A DNA stretch of 64,000 bases from Eledone cirrhosa (lineage: Eukaryota), in contig CAXHJY010000264.1 of assembly GCA_964016885.1 (NCBI GenBank), forward strand, positions 434,001 through 498,000, written 5' to 3'. A program made the position numbers and the translations under genes. Below are positions 57,093-64,000 of the stretch, one piece after another. The notes under the pieces were generated by a model that had not been told where the DNA came from, made no database searches, and saw only the letters and a list, made by a program, of their open reading frames with translations. How positions within the stretch are numbered: position 1 is the first letter of the stretch; each line of letters begins with the position of its first letter.

Positions 57093-57738
57093 ATAATAAT
57101 AATAATGAAATTATTGTGTACAGTGCTCAGGTGCACTACAACTCATCAAAGGTGCATGTATAGTACATAGAATAATGTACAAATGTCAGGAAAATAAACA
57201 GTGTATGAGTCATGATATAATAACAATAACGAAATATTCTGCACAGTGCCCAGGTGCACCACAACTCATCAAAAAAGTGCATGTACAGTACATAGGGCAA
57301 TGCACAAACATCAGTAAAATGAACAGTGCACGAGTCATGATACACACGTATGCATGTGTATGGAAGGGGTACATCAGGTGTAGTTTTGGCGTATTTTGGG
57401 AAGCATGAGTGTCTTAAAGGATGCAGTGTCTCGGCAGCTAACAATTGACGCAGGCAGTTTGTTCCATGCTTCAGCAACTCTGAGCGTGAAAAAATGTCTG
57501 CGAAAGTCATGGGAGCTGTGCTGTTTTCTTATCTTGTAGGCATGTCCACGTGTGTTAGACACATGGAGATCAAAGAGGCGCTCAGGGCTGCAGTTGGCGA
57601 GATGGTTAAAAACTTTGTGGGTATTCACCAAGTCCATTGCCAGACGTCGGAGCTTCAATGAATCCATGCCCAGGGAAGCAAGGCGTTCAGAGTATGGTAG
57701 GTGACTGATGGAGAGTATGCGCTTGGTTGCACGTCTCT
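57093..57738 (-). mobile_element. CR1-clade LINE 3' fragment, copy 11 (mosaic alleles)
   Basis: Same junctions. Carries the ATTCTG, GGGCTGC and GTCGGAG alleles together. Confidence 0.95.
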
Positions 57739-59061
57739 ATACCTAGTTTCTCTCTCAGTCCATCCATACACATCACATGTCTATACCAACACAGTCTCCT
57801 CTCCTACACACTACATCTGATTTCTCTTATACTTAGTTTCTTTCCCAGTTCATCCATACACATCACATGTCTATACCAACAGTCTCCTCTCCTACACACT
57901 ACATCTGATACCTCTTATACCTAGTTTCTCTCTCAGTTCATCCATACACATCACATGTCTATACCAACGCAGTCTCCTCTCCTACACACTACATCTGATA
58001 CCTCTTATACCTAGTTTCTCTCTCCATCCATACACATCACATGTCTATACCAACGCATTCTCCTCTCCTACACGCTACATCTGATTACTCTTATACCTAG
58101 TCTCTCTCTCAGTTCATCCATACACATCACATGTCTATACCAACACAGTCTCCTCTCCTACATCTCATTCCTCTTATACCTAGTTTCTCTCTCAGTCCAT
58201 CCATACACATCACATGTCTATACAAACAAAGTCTCCTCTCCTACACACTACATCTGATTCCTTTTATACCTAGTTTCTCCCAGTTCATCCATACACATCA
58301 CATGTCTATACCAATACAGTCTCCTCTCCTACACACTACATCTGATACCTCTTATACCTAGTTTCTCTCTCAGTTCATCCATACACATCACATGTCTATA
58401 CCAACGCAGTCTCCTCTCCTACACACTACATCTGATTCCTCTTATACCTAGTTTCTCTCTCAGTTCATCCATACACATCACATGTCTATACCAACACAGT
58501 CTCCTCTCCTACACACTACATCTGATTCCTTTTATACCTAGTTTCTCTCAGTTCATCCATACACATCACATGACTATACCAACAGTCTCCTCTCATACAC
58601 ACTACATCTGATTCCTCTTATACCTAGTCTCTCTCTCAGTTCATCCATACACATCACATGTCTATAGCAACACAGTCTTCTCTCCTACTAACTACATCTG
58701 ATTCCTCTTATACCTAGTTTCTCTCTCAGTTCATCCATACACATCATATGTCTATACCAACACAGTCTCCTCTCCTACACACTACATCTGATTCCTCTTA
58801 TACCTAGTTTCTCTCTCCATCCATACACATCACATGTCTATACCAACACAGTCTTCTCTCCTACACACTACATCTGATTCCTCTTATACCTAGTCTCTCT
58901 CTCAGTCCATCCATACACATCACATGTCTATATCAACGCAGTCTCCTCTCCTACACATTACATCTGATTCCTCTTATACCTAGTTTCTCTCTTAGTTCAT
59001 TCATACACATCACATGTCTATACCAACACAGTCTCCTCTCCTACATCTGATTCCTCTTATA

Positions 59062-59707
59062 ATAATAATAATAATGAAATTATTGTGTACAGTGCTCAGG
59101 TGCACTACAACTCATCAAAGGTGCATGTATAGTACATAGAATAATGTACAAATGTCAGGAAAATAAACAGTGTATGCGTCATGATATAATAACAATAACG
59201 AAATATTGTGCACAGTGCCCAGGTGCACCACAACTCATCAAAAAAGTGCATGTACAGTACATAGGGCAATGCACAAACATCAGTAAAATGAACAGTGCAC
59301 GAGTCATGATACACACGTGTGCATGTGTATGGAAGGGGTACATCAGGTGTAGTTTTGGCGTATTTTGGGAAGCATGAGTGTCTTAAAGGATGCAGTGTCT
59401 CGGCAGCTAACAATTGACGCAGGCAGTTTGTTCCATGCTTCAGCAACTCTGAGCGTGAAAAAATGTCTGCGAAAGTCATGGGAGCTGTGCTGTTTTCTTA
59501 TCTTGTAGGCATGTCCACGTGTGTTAGACACATGGAGATCAAAGAGGCGCTCAGGGTTGCAGTTGGCGAGATGGTTAAAAACTTTGTGGGTATTCACCAA
59601 GTCCATTGCCAGACGTCGGAGCTTCAATGAATCCATGCCCAGGGAAGCAAGGCGTTCAGAGTATGGTAGGTGACTGATGGAGAGTATGCGCTTGGTTGCA
59701 CGTCTCT
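59062..59707 (-). mobile_element. CR1-clade LINE 3' fragment, copy 12
   Basis: Same junctions. TATGCGTC allele is shared with copy 13. Confidence 0.95.
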
Positions 59708-62700
59708 ATACCTAGTTTCTCTCTCAGTCCATCCATACACATCACATGTCTATACCAACAGTCTCCTCTCCTACACACTACATCTCATTTCTCTTATACT
59801 TAGTTTCTTTCCCAGTTCATCCATACACATCACATGTCTATACCAACAGTCTCCTCTCCTACACACTACATCTGATACCTCTTATACCTAGTTTCTCTCT
59901 CCATCCATACACATCACATGTCTATACCAACGCATTCTCCTCTCCTACACACTACATCTGATTCCTCTTATACCTAGTCTCTCTCTCAGTTCATCCATAC
60001 ACATCACATGTCTATACCAACACAGTCTCCTCTCCTACATCTCATTCTTCTTATACCTAGTTTCTCTCTCAGTCCATCCATACACATCACATGTCTATAC
60101 CAGCAGTCTCCTCTCCTACACACTACATATGATTCCTCTTATACCTAGTTTCTCTCTCCATCCATACACATCACATGTCTATACCAACACAGTCTCCTCT
60201 CCTACACATTACATCTGATTCCTCTTATACCTAGTTTCTCTCTCAGTTCATCCATAAACATCACATGTCTATACCAACATAGTCTCCTCTCCTACACTCT
60301 ACATCTGATTCCTCTTATACATAGTTTCACTCTCAGTCCATGCATACACATCACATGTCTATACCAACAAAGTCTCCTCTCCTACACACTACATCTTAGT
60401 CCTCTTATACCTATTTTCTCTCTCAGTCCATCCATACACATCACATGTCTATACCAACACAGTCTCCTCTCCTACACACTACATCTGATTCCTCTTATAC
60501 CTAGTTTCTCTCTCAATCCATCCATACACATCACATGTCTATACCAACACAGTCTCCTCTCCTACATCTGATTCCTCTTATACCTAGTTTCTCTCTCAGT
60601 TAATTCATACACATCACATGTCTATACCAACACAGTTTCCTCTCCTACACACTACATCTGATTCCTCTTATACGTAGTTTCTCTCTCCATCCATACACAT
60701 CACATGTCTATACCAATACAGTCTCCTCTCCTACACACTACATCTGATTCCTCTTATACCTAGTTTCTCTCCCAGTTCATCCATACACATCATATGTCTA
60801 TACCAACGCAGTCTCCTCTCCTACACACTACATCTGATTCCTCTCATACCTAGTTTCTGTTTCCATCCATACACATCACATGTCTATACCAACAGTCTCC
60901 TCTCCTACACACTACATCTGATTTCTCTTATACTTAGTTTCTTTCCCAGTTCATCCATACACATCACATGTCTATACAAACACAGTCTCCTCTCCTACAC
61001 ACTACATCTGATTCCTTTTATACCTAGTTTCTCCCAGTTCATCCATACACATCACATGTCTATACCAACAGTCTCCTCTCCTACACACTACATCTGATAC
61101 CTCTTATACCTAGTTTCTCTCTCAGTTCATCCATACACATCACATGTCTATACCAACACAGTCTCCTCTGCTACACACTACATCTGATACCTCTTATACC
61201 TAGTTTCTCTCTCCATCCATACACATCACATGTCTATACCAACGCAGTCTCCTCTCATACACACTACATCTGATTCCTCTTATACCTAGTGTCCCTCTCC
61301 ATCCATACACATTACATGTCTATACCAACAGTCTCCTCTCCTACACACTACATCTGATTCCTCTTATACCTAGTTTCTCTCTCAGTTCATCCATACACAT
61401 CACATGTCTATACCAACACAGTCTCCTCTCCTAACTCTGATTCCTCTTATACCTAGTTTCTCTCTCAGTCCATCCATACACATCACATGTCTATACCAAC
61501 ACAGTCTCCTCTCCTACACATTACATCTGATTCCTCTTATACATAGTTTCTCTCTTAGTTCATTTATACACATCACATGTCTATACCAACACAGTCTCCT
61601 CTCCTACATCTGATTCCTCTTATACCTAGTTTCTCTCTCAGTCCGTCAATACACATCACATGTCTATACCAACACAGTCTCCTCTCCTACACATTACATC
61701 TGATTCCTCTTATACATAGTTTCTCTCTTAGTTCATTCATACACATCACATGTCTATACCAACACAGTCTCCTCTCCTACACACTACATCTGATACCTCT
61801 TATACCTAGTTTCTCTCTCCATCCATACACATCACATGTCTATACCAACACAGTCTCCTCTCCTACACATTACATCTGATTCCTCTTATACATAGTTTTT
61901 CTCTCAGTCCATCCATACACATCACATGTCTATACCAACAGTCTCCTCTCCTACACACTACATCTGATTGCTTTTATACCTAGTTTCTCCCAGTTCATCC
62001 ATACACATCACATGTCTATACCAACAGTCTCCTCTCCTACACACTACATCTGATACCTCTTATACCTAGTTTCTCTCTCCATCCATACACATCACATGTC
62101 TATACCAACTCATTCTCCTCTCATACACACTACATCTGATACCTCTTATACCTAGTTTCTCTCTCAGTTCATCCATACACATCACATGTCTATACCAACG
62201 CAGTCTCCTCTCCTACACACTACATCTGATTCCTCTTATACCTAGTTTCTCTCTCAGTTCATCCATACACATCACATGTCTATACCAACACAGTCTCCTC
62301 TCCTACACACTACATCTGATTCCTTTTATACCTAGTTTCTCTCAGTTCATCCATACACATCACATGACTATACCAACAGTCTCCTCTCATACACACTACA
62401 TCTGATTCCTCTTATACCTAGTCTCTCTCTCAGTTCATCCATACACATCACATGTCTATAGCAACACAGTCTTCTCTCCTACTAACTACATCTGATTCCT
62501 CTTATACCTAGTTTCTCTCTCAGTTCATCCATACACATCACATGTCTATACCAACACAGTCTCCTCTCCTACACACTACATCTGATTTCTCTTATACTTA
62601 GTTTCTTTCCCAGTTCATCCATACACATCACATGTCTATACCAACAGTCTCCTCTCCTACACACTACATCTGATACCTCTTATACCTAGTTTCTCTCTCA

Positions 62701-63826
62701 GTTCATCCATACACATCACATGTCTATACCAACGCAGTCTCCTCTCCTACACACTACATCTGATACCTCTTATACCTAGTTTCTCTCTCCATCCATACAC
62801 ATCACATGTCTATACCAACGCATTCTCCTCTCCTACACGCTACATCTGATTACTCTTATACCTAGTCTCTCTCTCAGTTCATCCATACACATCACATGTC
62901 TATACCAACACAGTCTCCTCTCCTACATCTCATTCCTCTTATACCTAGTTTCTCTCTCAGTCCATCCATACACATCACATGTCTATACAAACAAAGTCTC
63001 CTCTCCTACACACTACATCTGATTCCTTTTATACCTAGTTTCTCCCAGTTCATCCATACACATCACATGTCTATACCAATACAGTCTCCTCTCCTACACA
63101 CTACATCTGATACCTCTTATACCTAGTTTCTCTCTCAGTTCATCCATACACATCACATGTCTATACCAACGCAGTCTCCTCTCCTACACACTACATCTGA
63201 TTCCTCTTATACCTAGTTTCTCTCTCAGTTCATCCATACACATCACATGTCTATACCAACACAGTCTCCTCTCCTACACACTACATCTGATTCCTTTTAT
63301 ACCTAGTTTCTCTCAGTTCATCCATACACATCACATGACTATACCAACAGTCTCCTCTCATACACACTACATCTGATTCCTCTTATACCTAGTCTCTCTC
63401 TCAGTTCATCCATACACATCACATGTCTATAGCAACACAGTCTTCTCTCCTACTAACTACATCTGATTCCTCTTATACCTAGTTTCTCTCTCAGTTCATC
63501 CATACACATCATATGTCTATACCAACACAGTCTCCTCTCCTACACACTACATCTGATTCCTCTTATACCTAGTTTCTCTCTCCATCCATACACATCACAT
63601 GTCTATACCAACACAGTCTTCTCTCCTACACACTACATCTGATTCCTCTTATACCTAGTCTCTCTCTCAGTCCATCCATACACATCACATGTCTATATCA
63701 ACGCAGTCTCCTCTCCTACACATTACATCTGATTCCTCTTATACCTAGTTTCTCTCTTAGTTCATTCATACACATCACATGTCTATACCAACACAGTCTC
63801 CTCTCCTACATCTGATTCCTCTTATA

Positions 63827-64000
63827 ATAATAATAATAATGAAATTATTGTGTACAGTGCTCAGGTGCACTACAACTCATCAAAGGTGCATGTATAGTAC
63901 ATAGAATAATGTACAAATGTCAGGAAAATAAACAGTGTATGCGTCATGATATAATAACAATAACGAAATATTGTGCACAGTGCCCAGGTGCACCACAACT
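63827..64000 (-). mobile_element. CR1-clade LINE 3' fragment, copy 13 (cut by the window end)
   Basis: Same left junction, tail and UTR. The preceding ~1.3 kb duplicates the region before copy 12 at a 4765-bp offset. Confidence 0.93.

Larger units (their letters stand above)
1..64000. repeat. ~90-bp tandem satellite array spanning the whole window, interrupted only by LINE insertions; monomer length variants of about 78-90 bp
   Basis: Continuous head-to-tail repetition; e.g. 8081-8170 is one full 90-bp monomer. Recurrent indel variants: -CA in CCAACACAG, -7 bp giving TCCTACATCTG, -4 bp giving CTCTCCATCC. All monomers are in the same orientation and the array runs off the left edge. Confidence 0.98.

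Noticed and set aside
14218-59707. Thirteen independent site-specific insertions of a short element
   Set aside because: Identical 5' breakpoints, tail lengths and long flanking variant series show descent from one insertion.
323-63126. Many + strand ORFs of the MSIPTQSPLLH... type, up to 193 aa at 48905-49486
   Set aside because: They are translations of the 90-bp satellite. Length depends on chance indel variants avoiding the TGA/TAG stops; there is no domain or gene structure.
1-64000. CRISPR-like or retron/DGR-like system (repeats plus a reverse transcriptase)
   Set aside because: No unique spacers, cas genes or template/variable repeat pair. The RT is a eukaryotic non-LTR type and the repeats are contiguous satellite monomers.
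1-64000. Telomeric repeats or a HeT-A/TART-like head-to-tail retrotransposon array
   Set aside because: No TTAGGG/TTAGG-type tract was seen. The LINE pieces are separated by kilobases of satellite and are duplicates of one insertion.

Overview
Eukaryotic (metazoan-type) heterochromatic DNA with no host genes. The whole window is a head-to-tail array of a ~90-bp satellite (consensus TCTATACCAACACAGTCTCCTCTCCTACACACTACATCTGATTCCTCTTATACCTAGTTTCTCTCTCAGTTCATCCATACACATCACATG; only 5 G versus 32 C per monomer on the + strand). The monomers are organised in variable multi-kb higher-order repeats. The array is interrupted only by one CR1-clade LINE family, always on the minus strand, from two independent insertion events. 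(1) A single 2.2-kb 5'-truncated copy (50278-52497) has an uninterrupted RT-containing ORF2 fragment and sits in the least homogenised part of the array. (2) A 646-bp 3' fragment inserted once and was then co-amplified with the satellite to 13 copies, with shared junctions and flanking monomer variants. The copies record mosaicism, microhomology-mediated deletions and loss of the LINE from some units, and candidate empty pre-insertion sites survive. The LINE 3' UTR is a ~124-bp tandem dimer, each half with a conserved stem-loop and a tail-like repeat. The two insertion points lie only 8 bp apart in the monomer. All other ORFs in the track are artefacts of the satellite or of alternative LINE frames.
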